Shown here: one piece after another, positions 1 to 13,056 of the stretch
How positions within the stretch are numbered: the stretch's first letter is position 1
Layout of the letters: each line of letters opens with the position of its first letter
Source of the DNA: Pseudomonadota bacterium
Lineage (GTDB): Bacteria > Pseudomonadota > Gammaproteobacteria > UBA4575
Length of the DNA stretch: 55,194 bases
Direction of reading: 5' to 3'
NCBI GenBank assembly: GCA_039182865.1
Contig: JBCDBX010000004.1
Span: forward strand, 1-55,194
The notes under the pieces: generated by a model
The model's database searches: none
Told to the model about the DNA's origin: nothing
Seen by the model: only the letters and a program-made list of their open reading frames with translations
Position numbers and translations under genes: made by a program

Positions 1-2
1 CA

Positions 3-836
3 TTGAAAGGACGAGAAAAAATTTCACTAGCTTGTTCAATTGTGCAATGTGCCATGGGGAAAATTAATCATTACATGAGGAAAGTAGAGTCTAAACGGCT
101 AACGGGAGTTGTCAAATTTAAGGAATTAATAAATTTAACAAGTTTTCTAAAAATTATTAGTGGAATTCTTTTCCCCTGGACATGCAAAGTTTGCGGGGAA
201 ACAAAGAATGTAGAACAAGGGTTTTGCGATGATTGCTACTTCTTTTTACCTTGGTGCAAAAATGTATGTTCTCAGTGTGGTCTACCATTAGAGGGAGCCA
301 GCAAGCAAAATTTGATTTGCGGTCATTGTCTAAAAAAGCCACCATACTTCGATAGTTTACATGCAGCGCTTTGGTATGAAGGACTGATTCAACAATTAAT
401 TACTGAGTTTAAATATCATCAACGCTGGGAAAATATTCAATGCTTAGTTCACTTATTTGTCAAATCTTGTCCGGATGCTACACATAATTTTTTATTAATT
501 CCGATGCCTAGTCATCCACAACGCATACGCGAACGAGGATTTAATGTGGTGTATGAATTTACACGGCAAATCTGTAAACATTTAAATATTGAGTATGACC
601 TAAATGTCTTAGCACGAGTAAAATATACAGAAACTCAAACTGGTAAAACAAAGATACAAAGACGTCAGAATATTAAAAATGCATTTATTTTGAAAAAGCA
701 GATTATAAATAAAGATATCATTTTATTTGATGAAGTCGTTACGACTGGCGCTACGATAAATGAAGCTAGTCGTATATTAAAAAAAGCAGGCGCTAAAACT
801 ATTCGAATTTGGTGTATTGCACGAACTTCAAAATAA
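3..836 (+). CDS. comF: ComF-family protein (Zn-finger plus phosphoribosyltransferase fold)
   Basis: Paired Cys motifs (CKVCGE, CDDC, CSQCG, CGHC) are followed by a PRTase-type loop, ILFDEVVTTGATINE. Codon 3 is TTG, so the true start is uncertain; in-frame ATGs sit at 54 and 75, or the 5' end lies outside the window. Confidence 0.75.
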   Translation: MKGREKISLACSIVQCAMGKINHYMRKVESKRLTGVVKFKELINLTSFLKIISGILFPWTCKVCGETKNVEQGFCDDCYFFLPWCKNVCSQCGLPLEGASKQNLICGHCLKKPPYFDSLHAALWYEGLIQQLITEFKYHQRWENIQCLVHLFVKSCPDATHNFLLIPMPSHPQRIRERGFNVVYEFTRQICKHLNIEYDLNVLARVKYTETQTGKTKIQRRQNIKNAFILKKQIINKDIILFDEVVTTGATINEASRILKKAGAKTIRIWCIARTSK

Positions 837-845
837 TTTAAATAG

Positions 846-1718
846 CTAAAAAGGTAGCCAGTAACTCAGCAAAATACCAATAAATATAATCATGCCAACG
901 TAATTATTATTCAGAAAAGCAATTAAGCACATCTTAGGTTCTTGGCGATAGATAACTATTTGTTGGTAAACAAATAAACTACTTGCTAAGAATAAAGAAA
1001 TGTAAAACCAATAGCGCAATTCAACTTGTGTGCCCACCGCCATTAAACTTAGGATAGTCAAACTTTGTAATGCCCCGATGATGATACGATCTGCATCTCC
1101 AAATAAAATGGCCGTAGACTTAATGCCTAGATTTATATCATCATCTCGATCAATCATTCCATAGATAGTGTCATATGCTGTTGTCCATAAAATAGTTGCG
1201 ACTAATAATAACCAAGCAGTTGTCGATGGAAACGCATTTGTTTCGGCAGTAAATGCCATCGGAACAGCCCACGCAAAAGCCAGGCCTAAATGCACTTGCG
1301 GTAGGTAATGTAGTCGCTTAGTAAATGGATAGCTTGCAGCTAACAACACCGCGATAAATGAAAACAATAATGTTAGCTGGTTGAGAAAAAATAATGTAAA
1401 TAAGAATGCTATTGAGCAAAGTGTGATAAAAATTGCTAAAGCTTCATATTTAGTTACTGATCCAGTAATTATTGGTCGATTCTTGGTTCGTTCAACATAA
1501 CCATCAATATTTCGATCTGCATAGTCATTTATTGCACAACCTGCAGAACGCATTAAGATAACACCTAAGATAAAAACAATCGTCACAGTTAAGCTAGGTT
1601 TTCCTTCGCCTGCAATCAATAAGGCCCATAGTGTTGGCCAGAGTAGTAAATAAATCCCAATAGGACGATTTAGTCTTACGAGTTCTGCATAAGCTGAAAG
1701 CTTTGTTTTTGTGAACAT
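846..1718 (-). CDS. ubiA: 4-hydroxybenzoate polyprenyltransferase
   Basis: 290-aa polytopic membrane protein with UbiA prenyltransferase motifs NDYADRNIDGYVERTKNRP and YDTIYGMIDRDDD. Confidence 0.9.
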   Translation of the reverse strand: MFTKTKLSAYAELVRLNRPIGIYLLLWPTLWALLIAGEGKPSLTVTIVFILGVILMRSAGCAINDYADRNIDGYVERTKNRPIITGSVTKYEALAIFITLCSIAFLFTLFFLNQLTLLFSFIAVLLAASYPFTKRLHYLPQVHLGLAFAWAVPMAFTAETNAFPSTTAWLLLVATILWTTAYDTIYGMIDRDDDINLGIKSTAILFGDADRIIIGALQSLTILSLMAVGTQVELRYWFYISLFLASSLFVYQQIVIYRQEPKMCLIAFLNNNYVGMIIFIGILLSYWLPF

Positions 1719-1776
1719 ATAGAATAAGGGGTGAAATAACTATGCTAGGATCAAAAGAAAACTATTCTATACCAAC

Positions 1777-2312
1777 ATGACAATTCGAACATTTCAAAAT
1801 CATACACCTGTTATTGCCGACACCGCCTATGTAGATTCTACGGCATTAGTCATTGGTCAAGTCAATATAGGGTCTCATAGTTCAGTTTGGCCAATGACGG
1901 TTATACGCGGTGATATCAATACCGTGACAATTGGTGAAAGAACCAACATTCAAGATGGCTCAATACTGCATGTAACACATGAGGGTCCCTATAGTCCTGG
2001 AGGAGTTAAACTCGCTATTGGTAATAATGTCACTGTGGGCCATAGTGTTGTATTACATGCATGTCGCTTAGAAGATACCTGTTTAATAGGCATAGGCTCC
2101 ATAGTGTTAGATGGCGCGGTTGTCCAAAAACATACAATGGTGGGTGCTGGCTCATTAGTGCCGGGTGGTAAAGAGCTTGAAGGGGGTTATCTATGGATGG
2201 GTAGACCTGCAAAGAAAATGCGTGAGTTAACTGAAAAAGAAATCGAGTACTTATCTTATTCAGCTGATCATTATGTGAAAGTTAAGCAAATGCATGAAGC
2301 GTCGAATAATGC

Positions 2313-2316
<4 letters not shown>
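1777..2316 (+). CDS. gamma-class carbonic anhydrase-like / hexapeptide-repeat protein (YrdA-like)
   Basis: Left-handed beta-helix hexapeptide repeats (VWPMTVIRGDINTVTIGERTNIQDGSILH). Same neighbourhood as E. coli yrdA-aroE. Confidence 0.85.
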
Positions 2317-5044
<2,728 letters not shown>

Positions 5045-5048
5045 GCTC

Positions 5049-5594
5049 TTAGTGTCTTATTACCTGTCCGGATTGTAAATCAATGATGGCGCTTGCTTGA
5101 CCTGTCCCGGACGTATTGCTTGATTCTATATAATCAATATTTGTACCAAACATTCCACGAATCTGTTCCACATTTTGGCAAGTTTCTAAATTACTGATAT
5201 TTGCACTGGTTGATACCACAGGCCCGACAGCTTCGCAGATTTCTTTTATGTTTAACCGGGATGTGATCCTCACAGCAATTTTTTGTGTGTCGCCTAATAA
5301 AGATTTTGAAACATGATCACTTGCAGACACTAACCAAGTAGTGGGTTTGGTTTGTTTAGTGTTTAAAGTGGTTAATTCTTTATTTGAGCAATTAATAAAA
5401 TGGGTAAGTTGAGATGCGTTAGACGCTAGCAATATGAAGCCTTGTTTATTACCTCTTTGTTTAATAAAAGTAAGACGTTTTAGAAGTTTTTCTTTGGGTA
5501 GACAAGCCAAGCCATATACCGTATCAGTTTGATGAGCAACAACGCCATCATATTTGAGCATTTGGATTGTACGAGTTAGGGCAGAGTGTGCCAT
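5049..5594 (-). CDS. tsaC: L-threonylcarbamoyladenylate synthase (YrdC/Sua5 family)
   Basis: YrdC-domain signature [11 protein letters not shown] plus STSAN. Start placed at the internal Met (MAHSAL...), because the upstream Lys/Arg-rich extension overlaps the topA 3' end. Confidence 0.85.
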   Translation of the reverse strand: MAHSALTRTIQMLKYDGVVAHQTDTVYGLACLPKEKLLKRLTFIKQRGNKQGFILLASNASQLTHFINCSNKELTTLNTKQTKPTTWLVSASDHVSKSLLGDTQKIAVRITSRLNIKEICEAVGPVVSTSANISNLETCQNVEQIRGMFGTNIDYIESSNTSGTGQASAIIDLQSGQVIRH

Positions 5595-5610
5595 CACGCT
5601 TATGGATATA

Positions 5611-7947
5611 TTAAGATTTTTTCTTTTTCTTGGCCGTTTTACGGCTAGCTTTTCGGACGGGCGCTTTGGCAATCATTTCCTGACACTGCTCAAGAGTTAA
5701 AGACTCAGGCTCTACGTCTTTAGGTATTTTTGCATTTTTCTTGCCATTTGTGACATATGGGCCATAACGACCATTTAAAACTTGAATTCCTTCTTCTTCA
5801 AATTCTTTAATAAATTTATTGGCATCTTCTTCTTTTTTCTTAGCAATAAATTCCAGTGCTTGTTCTAACTCGATTATATGGGGGTCTTCCCCACGAATTG
5901 AGACATACTTACTACCGTACTTAACGTAAGGACCGAAGCGTCCAATACTGGCTGAGACTTTTTCTCCTTCAGGAGTTTCGCCAAGATCACGAGGAAGCTT
6001 AAATAATTCTAATCCTTCTTCTAGTGTGACCTGGTCCATTTTTTGGCCTGGACGTAAGCCTGCAAACTTAGGCTTTTCTTCATCATCTTTTGTGCCAATT
6101 TGCACAAAAGGCCCGTAGCGTCCCATGCGTACACTAACAGGTTTACCAGATTTAGGATCGGTACCTAATTCACGCGCTTCAACGGCTTCTTCACGCGTAA
6201 CAGATTCTTCTTTATCTCTTACGAGTTCATCAAACGGATTCCAAAATGACTCCATTACAGGCACCCATTCTTTTTCTCCACGAGATATCTCATCGAGCTC
6301 ATCTTCTAAGCGTGCTGTAAAATCATAATCGACATATTGGTTAAAATGCTTAGTCAGGAAACGATTAACCAATCTCCCGATATCAGTTGGAAAGAAACGG
6401 CGACTTTCTATTTCGGCATACTCTCTATTTTGAATCGTCGAAATAATTGATGCATAGGTAGAAGGACGCCCTATACCATAATCTTCAAGGGCCTTAACTA
6501 AACTTGCTTCGGTAAAACGAGGAGGAGGTTCGGTGAAGTGTTGTTCGCAACGAATTTCTTGCAAATTGATTTCATCGCCCACTTCCATTGCAGGTAGTAT
6601 TTTTTCATCACTATCATTTGATGCTTTATCATCTTCACCTTCTTGGTACACAGTCATAAACCCAGGATCTTTAATGGAAGAACCTGATGCGCGGAATATA
6701 TTTTCTTCACCTCCACAATGTAGTTCTATTGCGACTGTATTTAGTGTGGCATGCATCATTTGACTGGCAACAGTACGTTTCCAGATTAAATTATAAAGTT
6801 TGTATTGATCTTCACTCAAAAACGGTTTTACATCTTCAGGCAAACGTTGTGCAGAGGTAGGACGTACTGCTTCATGCGCTTCTTGGGCATTTTTAGATTT
6901 GGTTTTATAGGTGCGTGGTGAGTCAGGTAAATTCTTTTTACCATAACGTTCTTGTATTAAATCACGAATTTCGTCTAAAGCTTCTTTAGCTAGCACGACG
7001 GAATCCGTACGCATATAGGTAATTAATCCAATCGGTCCCGAACCCAAATCAATGCCTTCATATAGTTGTTGTGCAATGCGCATGGTGCGTTGAGCAGAAA
7101 AACGTAATTTACGAATTGATTCTTGTTGCAGTGTCGACGTAATAAAAGGAGCAGCGGGATTTCGTCGACGTTCTTTTTTATCCACTTTGCCGACGACGAG
7201 TTTTCCATCAGCTGCCTTGGCTAATTTTTTATGAGCATCATGGGCCAGCTTTTCAGTGTTGATATCAAACTGATCTAGTTTATTGTTTTCAAGGTGTGTC
7301 AGTTTTGCCATAAAAAGCTGATCTTTTTTTCCATCTTGTTTTGAGCAGTCAGCTTCAATCGTCCAATATTCTTGGGCCACAAACTTTTCAATTTCATCTT
7401 CGCGTTCGCATATCAGTCGTAAGGCTGGGCTTTGAACACGGCCAGCCGATAAGCCACGCTTAATTTTTTTCCAAAGCAATGGTGATAAATTGAACCCTAC
7501 AAGATAGTCTAGTGCTCGTCTCGCTTGTTGTGCTGAGACAAGCTCATCGGCCAATTTTCTTGGATGATCAATTGCATCTTGAACCGCAGACTTAGTGACT
7601 TCATGAAACACTACACGATGGACATCTTTGTCATCGAGCAGACCTCTTTCTTTTAGCAGCTCATATAAGTGCCATGAAATGGCTTCTCCTTCGCGATCCG
7701 GGTCAGTGGCTAGGTATAAGGAATGGGCTTTTTTTAATGCTTTGCTGATGGCTTGAACATGTTTTTCATTTCGTTCGATCACTTGATATTTCATAGCAAA
7801 GTGATTATCGGTATCGACTGCCCCTTCTTTTGGCACAAGGTCACGCACATGGCCATATGAAGCCAGTACTTTAAAATCTTTGCCTAAATATTTTTCAATC
7901 GTTTTAGCTTTGGCCGGCGACTCAACGATGACAAGATTTTTACTCAT
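5611..7947 (-). CDS. topA: DNA topoisomerase I
   Basis: 778 aa with a TOPRIM N-terminus (LVIVESPAKAKTIEKYLG) and active-site region GLITYMRTDS. The C-terminal repeats GRYGPF / GRFGPY / GRYGPY lack Cys. Confidence 0.95.
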   Translation of the reverse strand: MSKNLVIVESPAKAKTIEKYLGKDFKVLASYGHVRDLVPKEGAVDTDNHFAMKYQVIERNEKHVQAISKALKKAHSLYLATDPDREGEAISWHLYELLKERGLLDDKDVHRVVFHEVTKSAVQDAIDHPRKLADELVSAQQARRALDYLVGFNLSPLLWKKIKRGLSAGRVQSPALRLICEREDEIEKFVAQEYWTIEADCSKQDGKKDQLFMAKLTHLENNKLDQFDINTEKLAHDAHKKLAKAADGKLVVGKVDKKERRRNPAAPFITSTLQQESIRKLRFSAQRTMRIAQQLYEGIDLGSGPIGLITYMRTDSVVLAKEALDEIRDLIQERYGKKNLPDSPRTYKTKSKNAQEAHEAVRPTSAQRLPEDVKPFLSEDQYKLYNLIWKRTVASQMMHATLNTVAIELHCGGEENIFRASGSSIKDPGFMTVYQEGEDDKASNDSDEKILPAMEVGDEINLQEIRCEQHFTEPPPRFTEASLVKALEDYGIGRPSTYASIISTIQNREYAEIESRRFFPTDIGRLVNRFLTKHFNQYVDYDFTARLEDELDEISRGEKEWVPVMESFWNPFDELVRDKEESVTREEAVEARELGTDPKSGKPVSVRMGRYGPFVQIGTKDDEEKPKFAGLRPGQKMDQVTLEEGLELFKLPRDLGETPEGEKVSASIGRFGPYVKYGSKYVSIRGEDPHIIELEQALEFIAKKKEEDANKFIKEFEEEGIQVLNGRYGPYVTNGKKNAKIPKDVEPESLTLEQCQEMIAKAPVRKASRKTAKKKKKS

Positions 7948-7986
7948 CAGGAGGTACTACAGAAGTTGTTAATATAAATAAAGTAG

Positions 7987-8460
7987 CTAGTGAATATGAG
8001 AAGAAGATAAGTCCATGATGACATCTTCTAACCAGTTATACGGTATATCAGAGCCTGAAAGGTTATATAACACGATTAGACAGACCCAGCGAAGCTGGTC
8101 TATGCTGATTTCATCTGTTTCTAAAGCCATTACACGGTCAATGACTAATTCTCGGCTTGCAGGGGTTAATATGCCCATTTGCTCAAGTTCTAATAAATAC
8201 CCTTGGCAGATTAAGTCCAGTTTTTTAGTTTCCCACGCACTGTATATGCGAATGGCGTTGCCATCCGGCGAGGTTAATTCAAGATCTTCATGTGATGTTG
8301 GCAGATCAGCTAACCAATTGAAGGCTTTTTCTACCTCACTATGTTCAAAGCCAACTTCTACCAGCTCTTCGAGTAAGGTTTCACGATTGAAGACGGCATC
8401 AACCTCTTCAAAGTAGCTCTCAAACATGTAGGTTAATACGTCAAGAACGTTTTCTTTCAT
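7987..8460 (-). CDS. smg: Smg protein (DUF494)
   Basis: MKENVLDVLTYMFESYF is the typical Smg N-terminus, and the gene lies between dprA and topA. The track's upstream extension (to 8553) overlaps dprA and is rejected. Confidence 0.85.
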   Translation of the reverse strand: MKENVLDVLTYMFESYFEEVDAVFNRETLLEELVEVGFEHSEVEKAFNWLADLPTSHEDLELTSPDGNAIRIYSAWETKKLDLICQGYLLELEQMGILTPASRELVIDRVMALETDEISIDQLRWVCLIVLYNLSGSDIPYNWLEDVIMDLSSSHIH

Positions 8461-8468
8461 AACTTTTT

Positions 8469-9581
8469 TTAGTCCGTTGAACTGCGAGAATATTGTCCAT
8501 AGGCGTCGCATACAACACGACCACCAATCTCTAGCTCCGTCAGCATGGAGCAAACTTGTTCTGGGGTCAATCCACTTTTTTCAATTAATGCATCGATTGA
8601 AATGGGTGTGTACTCTATAAATTCAAGTAGTGGCGGTGAATTATTGGCTGAATTAGCTTTTCTTTCTGGGGTTATCGCGCGATTTTGAACATCGAAATTT
8701 GCTATATCTTCAAACTCTATCAGGATATCGCTGACTCTAGAGGTCAATTTAGCGCCATCCTGTATCAAGCGATGGCAGCCATCATTTAATGGATTGTTAA
8801 CAGGCCCTGGCACTGCAAAAACTTCTCGTCCCTGCTCTAGTGCATACCGCGCAGTTATTAAAGAACCACTTTTATTTGCGGCTTCTATGACAATTGTTCC
8901 GAAGCACATCCCACTGATAATTCGGTTCCTGCGAGGAAAGTGCTGAGGCAAAGGTTTTACACGCGTTGGAAATTCTGAAACCAGAATACTTTGCTCAGTG
9001 ATCTGTTGCGCTAAAGTTCGATGATCTGATGGATAAATCGAATCCAATCCATTCGCAAGCACCGCGATTGTTTTACCACTTTTAGTGTTTAGTGCTCCTC
9101 TGTGTGCTTGGGCATCAATTCCCTTAGCTAGACCACTCACAATTGTGATTCCAAGTTCGCAAAGTTGTTGAGAAAATTCGTAAGCAATCGTCTTGCCGTG
9201 CATGGTACTTTTTCGTCCACCCACAACTGCTATGCGAGGACTGAGCGTTAAAGCATTCAGTTGGCCACAAACGTAAAGTATGGGTGGAGGGTTTGGGATA
9301 TTTTTAAGAAGAGACGGATATTGAGTATCAGTTATTAAAATGATGTGATGATTTTTGTTGGCTTGCATCCATTTCAAATCTGAAAGATAGTCGTCAGTTT
9401 GATCTTCACAGATAGCTCTGGCTGCACGCTTTGAGATATTTTGTTCTACTAGCTGTATATAACTTGACGCTAGGATACGTTCGGGCTGATAGTCAAATTT
9501 TTCGAGTAAAAAGTTAAAACTCCTCGGTCCAATGCCGGGAATATGCCAAAGACGAAGCCAATCGCTGAGGTGGTCTGCCAT
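8469..9581 (-). CDS. dprA: DNA-processing protein DprA (Smf)
   Basis: 370 aa. The Rossmann-like DprA core has GLAKGIDAQAHRGAL and SEFP..VKP....FPRRNRIISG. Confidence 0.9.
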   Translation of the reverse strand: MADHLSDWLRLWHIPGIGPRSFNFLLEKFDYQPERILASSYIQLVEQNISKRAARAICEDQTDDYLSDLKWMQANKNHHIILITDTQYPSLLKNIPNPPPILYVCGQLNALTLSPRIAVVGGRKSTMHGKTIAYEFSQQLCELGITIVSGLAKGIDAQAHRGALNTKSGKTIAVLANGLDSIYPSDHRTLAQQITEQSILVSEFPTRVKPLPQHFPRRNRIISGMCFGTIVIEAANKSGSLITARYALEQGREVFAVPGPVNNPLNDGCHRLIQDGAKLTSRVSDILIEFEDIANFDVQNRAITPERKANSANNSPPLLEFIEYTPISIDALIEKSGLTPEQVCSMLTELEIGGRVVCDAYGQYSRSSTD

Positions 9582-9664
9582 GTTCTAGTTTAGAGAAAAC
9601 AAAGAACATAACGTTGTAATTAATGTTTAGCTAGTGTCAGCGCACAACTGTGCCAAGCTTTAAA

Positions 9665-10870
9665 TTATCTTGGGTTAGAGACGATATCGCCAATTTTGAT
9701 GGGGCGGTTCGCGTCTAATATAAATGCATAACTTATTTTATCAAAGGTACGAAAGACGATAGCATCACCCGTATGTTCATCGGGAAGTTTCACGTCTGTT
9801 GTCTGAGAAGCCTTAGCATTTCTATCTTGGACAATTTTACCAGACTGGCTGATCGAAATTACATTCCCTTTCTTTAGACCATTTCTAGTGCCAATGTTGG
9901 TTGCAATTATTTGATATGTACCTACTTGTGAGATGGCATCAAAGAGATATATCACTTCACCGAATATAGCTTTCGATGGTGGTACTGGCCGAAAAGCTGA
10001 ATCGGGATCATCAATTTCTAGAGAAATCAGTCGGTCTCCACGCAGCACTTCACGTTCAACTTTGCTCAAAAATAACGTCGCTGGATTTCCTGTTTCTGTG
10101 ACTTCGCCATCGGCAACGTGAATGGCTTCGTAGCCTAGTAATTCGCCTGTGATAGGGTCTAAAAACTCATCACCTTGACGATAAACACTGTAAGCCTCGC
10201 CTAGATTAAAATTCTCTGAATCACGAACATATACCGAATCATTTGCGCCATAAATAATACGATTATCTCTTGAGCCTACAATGTGTGGCGCAGTCTCAAG
10301 CGTATATTGATCGACAATTTGAGGGCGTATGAGGAACTGTTCGATCGCTTGAATAGGGATAATTTTTTCGGTGGCTTCAATCGGTTCTTCGCGCATTTCA
10401 GGGGTAAGACGCTCAATTCCTGATATGCGAGTTTCACCATTAACCGTAACATAAGGTCGACCTCCAACGTAAAAAACATTAATAATATCGCCAGGATAAA
10501 TTAAATGTGGATTTTGGACCTGTGGGTTCATGTACCAAATCTCCGGCCAATACCATGGGTTTTTTAGGAACTTGCTTGATATATCCCATAATGTATCGCC
10601 TTTTTGCACCGTATACTGTTCTGGGGCCGAGGCTAAAAGTTCTGCATTATTACTGGATGGAGGTGTGGGCAATTCTCTCGTTTCAATGTCTACTTCTACA
10701 ATCTCGACAACTTCGGTAACTTCAACGACTTCGACAACTTCTGCGGGCTCTTCATCAACCACGACCACGTCATCATCGGTAGGTGTGATGGTGCATGCTG
10801 AAATTAAAAATAAGAATATCAAAAGTAAAATTGCGTGATAATTTGTCATAGTTTTAAGATATCTGCACAT
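9665..10870 (-). CDS. tsaP: LysM peptidoglycan-binding protein, TsaP-like (type IV pilus secretin-associated)
   Basis: Lipoprotein-type signal (LFLISAC) and a LysM motif (YTVQKGDTLWDISSKFL). It occupies the dprA/def position held by tsaP (PA0020) in P. aeruginosa. The start could instead be the Met at 10849. Confidence 0.7.
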   Translation of the reverse strand: MCRYLKTMTNYHAILLLIFLFLISACTITPTDDDVVVVDEEPAEVVEVVEVTEVVEIVEVDIETRELPTPPSSNNAELLASAPEQYTVQKGDTLWDISSKFLKNPWYWPEIWYMNPQVQNPHLIYPGDIINVFYVGGRPYVTVNGETRISGIERLTPEMREEPIEATEKIIPIQAIEQFLIRPQIVDQYTLETAPHIVGSRDNRIIYGANDSVYVRDSENFNLGEAYSVYRQGDEFLDPITGELLGYEAIHVADGEVTETGNPATLFLSKVEREVLRGDRLISLEIDDPDSAFRPVPPSKAIFGEVIYLFDAISQVGTYQIIATNIGTRNGLKKGNVISISQSGKIVQDRNAKASQTTDVKLPDEHTGDAIVFRTFDKISYAFILDANRPIKIGDIVSNPR

Positions 10871-10972
10871 TGGTATTTACGATAGTTTAAAATAGGGCTT
10901 TTCGGGCTCGAATTGTAGTCTTATGAATGTGGTTTAAAAAGTGAAACTTGTTTAATCGATTGAAATAACTTA

Positions 10973-11509
10973 ATGGCTCTACTAGAAATTTTACACTTTC
11001 CTGATGCTAGGTTAAGGCATCACGCAAAGCCAGTTGCTCAGGTGGACGATCGAGTGCGACAAGTGGTGTCTGATATGTTTGAGACCATGTATGACGCCCC
11101 AGGCATCGGATTAGCGGCTACTCAAGTCAATATTCAAGAGCAAATCATCGTCATTGATGTCTCGGAAGAGAAGAACGAGCCTTTATGTTTAATTAATCCA
11201 AAAATCATTGAAACTGAGGGTATTGAAGAAATGCAAGAAGGCTGTTTATCTGTACCAGGGTATTTCGAAAACGTGACTCGCGCAGAAACCATTAAAATTC
11301 AATCACTTAATGAGGAAGGTCAAGAAATCGAGATCGATGCAGATGGGTTGTTAGCCGTATGCATACAGCATGAAATGGATCATCTTGAGGGCAAATTGTT
11401 TGTTGACTATTTATCTCCTTTAAAGCGCCAGCGAATAAAAAAGAAGCTGCTTAAGCTTGAAAAAACCGGTGATTTACCTGCGTCAGAACAGACTTCTCGG
11501 GCCATTTAA
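10973..11509 (+). CDS. def: peptide deformylase
   Basis: The three Def motifs are present: [17 protein letters not shown] and QHEMDHLEG. Confidence 0.95.
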   Translation: MALLEILHFPDARLRHHAKPVAQVDDRVRQVVSDMFETMYDAPGIGLAATQVNIQEQIIVIDVSEEKNEPLCLINPKIIETEGIEEMQEGCLSVPGYFENVTRAETIKIQSLNEEGQEIEIDADGLLAVCIQHEMDHLEGKLFVDYLSPLKRQRIKKKLLKLEKTGDLPASEQTSRAI

Positions 11510-11527
11510 ACTTACACCTCCCGTCTA

Positions 11528-12469
11528 ATGGCAATGCGTATAGCTTACGCAGGTACTCCTGAATTTGCCGTTCCGGCATTAAAATCGATTATAGCGAGTG
11601 TTGATTATGATCTGGTATGTGTTATCACTCAGCCAGATCGAAAATCAGGTCGTGGACGTAAAATCATCGAAAGCCCGATTAAAACGTCTGCAAATGCATC
11701 TAACGTGCAGGTATTTCAGCCTGAGAAAATAAATGAATCCTGGTCTTTAGATTTTATTAAGTCCATGAAATTAGATTTACTTGTTGTCGCTGCTTATGGG
11801 CAGATCTTCTCACAATCTCTGCTCGATATTCCCAAAGCTGGTTGTATTAATATTCATGCTTCCCTATTGCCTCGATGGCGTGGAGCAGCCCCTATTCAAA
11901 ACGCTATCTTGCATGGTGATAAACAAACAGGTGTCAGCATCATGCAAATGTGTAAGGCCATGGATGCTGGTGATATCTGGTTGCAAAAGTCTGAGCTAAT
12001 TGAACCTACTGACACCGCTCAATCTTTACATGATCGCCTTGCAACAATTGGTGGCAGTGTCATAACAACAGCGATGTCAAAAGTGTTTAAAGATAAGTGC
12101 TCGCCACAAATACAAGCACAAAATGAGGTTACTTATTGTTCTAAATTACATAAAAAAGACGGTTTAGTTGATTGGAATGAGCAAAATCAGGTCATATTTC
12201 GCAAAATTCGTGCATTTTTTCCATGGCCAGGTAGCTATACCACTTTTGCGAATCGTAGATTGACCATTGTAAGGGCGAGCTTGGTCGAAAATTCAGATTT
12301 AAATCTCCAGCCCGGTACCATTCATAGCATTGATAAATATGGCATTTATGTGTCAACTGGCGCGGGAAGTATCAGAATAGAAGAATTGATTCCGGAGGGT
12401 GGTAAAAAGGTGACTGCTATGGATTTTTCAAATTCAAATCAATTAATAAATCATGTGCTTGGACTGTAA
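11528..12469 (+). CDS. fmt: methionyl-tRNA formyltransferase
   Basis: AGTPEFAVPAL, INIHASLLPRWRGAAPIQ and the def-fmt pairing. Confidence 0.95.
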   Translation: MAMRIAYAGTPEFAVPALKSIIASVDYDLVCVITQPDRKSGRGRKIIESPIKTSANASNVQVFQPEKINESWSLDFIKSMKLDLLVVAAYGQIFSQSLLDIPKAGCINIHASLLPRWRGAAPIQNAILHGDKQTGVSIMQMCKAMDAGDIWLQKSELIEPTDTAQSLHDRLATIGGSVITTAMSKVFKDKCSPQIQAQNEVTYCSKLHKKDGLVDWNEQNQVIFRKIRAFFPWPGSYTTFANRRLTIVRASLVENSDLNLQPGTIHSIDKYGIYVSTGAGSIRIEELIPEGGKKVTAMDFSNSNQLINHVLGL

Positions 12470-12510
12470 AAACAAGTGCCGATTGACTGAAGTAAATATT
12501 GTTCCGATCT

Positions 12511-13056
12511 ATGCGCGCTAATCAATTAATACGTTTGTTCTGTTTGTTTTATTTATTTTCATTTTCATCACAAGCAGATACAGGAATGACGATTGACGAT
12601 GTATCTGTGCGCATTTTGGATCGTGTCATAATGGTCGATTGTGATGTGAATTATCAAGTTGATCCTAAAGTTGAAGATGCGCTGACCAATGGTGTTGAAG
12701 TCGCATTTATTCTCGATATAGAACTTATAGAAGAAAATAAGTATTGGCTAAATAAGGGTGTCGGTAAGTTTAGTTATATATTTTTTATAAAGTACCATGC
12801 ACTTAGTCAACAATATATCTTGAAAGATAAAAATAACGAAAGAAGTTTCCCGGACTTATATTCCGCATTCTATTTTCAAAGCAGAGTTAAAAACATTGAA
12901 CTAGGTAATATTGATTCATTAGATCTAGAACGAAAATATTTTGTGCGCGCACGCGCACGCCTTGCTTCTGAAATATTGCCATTACCACTGAGAATAAAAA
13001 GTTATTTTGCTAATGAGTGGCGGCCTACGAGTGGGTGGACGATATGGCCAATGTAA
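12511..13056 (+). CDS. DUF4390-like secreted protein
   Basis: Signal peptide (LFCLFYLFSFSSQA). The gene sits immediately upstream of, and overlaps, the NtrY-like kinase, as DUF4390 genes typically do. ATG at 12511 is preferred over TTG at 12499. Confidence 0.65.
   Translation: MRANQLIRLFCLFYLFSFSSQADTGMTIDDVSVRILDRVIMVDCDVNYQVDPKVEDALTNGVEVAFILDIELIEENKYWLNKGVGKFSYIFFIKYHALSQQYILKDKNNERSFPDLYSAFYFQSRVKNIELGNIDSLDLERKYFVRARARLASEILPLPLRIKSYFANEWRPTSGWTIWPM

Noticed and set aside
8015-8416. Other antisense or shadow ORFs of 60-133 codons in the track, for example 8015..8416, 10530..10838, 36362..36730, 45824..46177, 33467..33772, 35107..35457 and 53590..53916.
   Set aside because: Each lies fully inside a confidently identified gene on the opposite strand and encodes Ser/Thr/Leu-rich sequence with no motifs. 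I treat them as non-coding.
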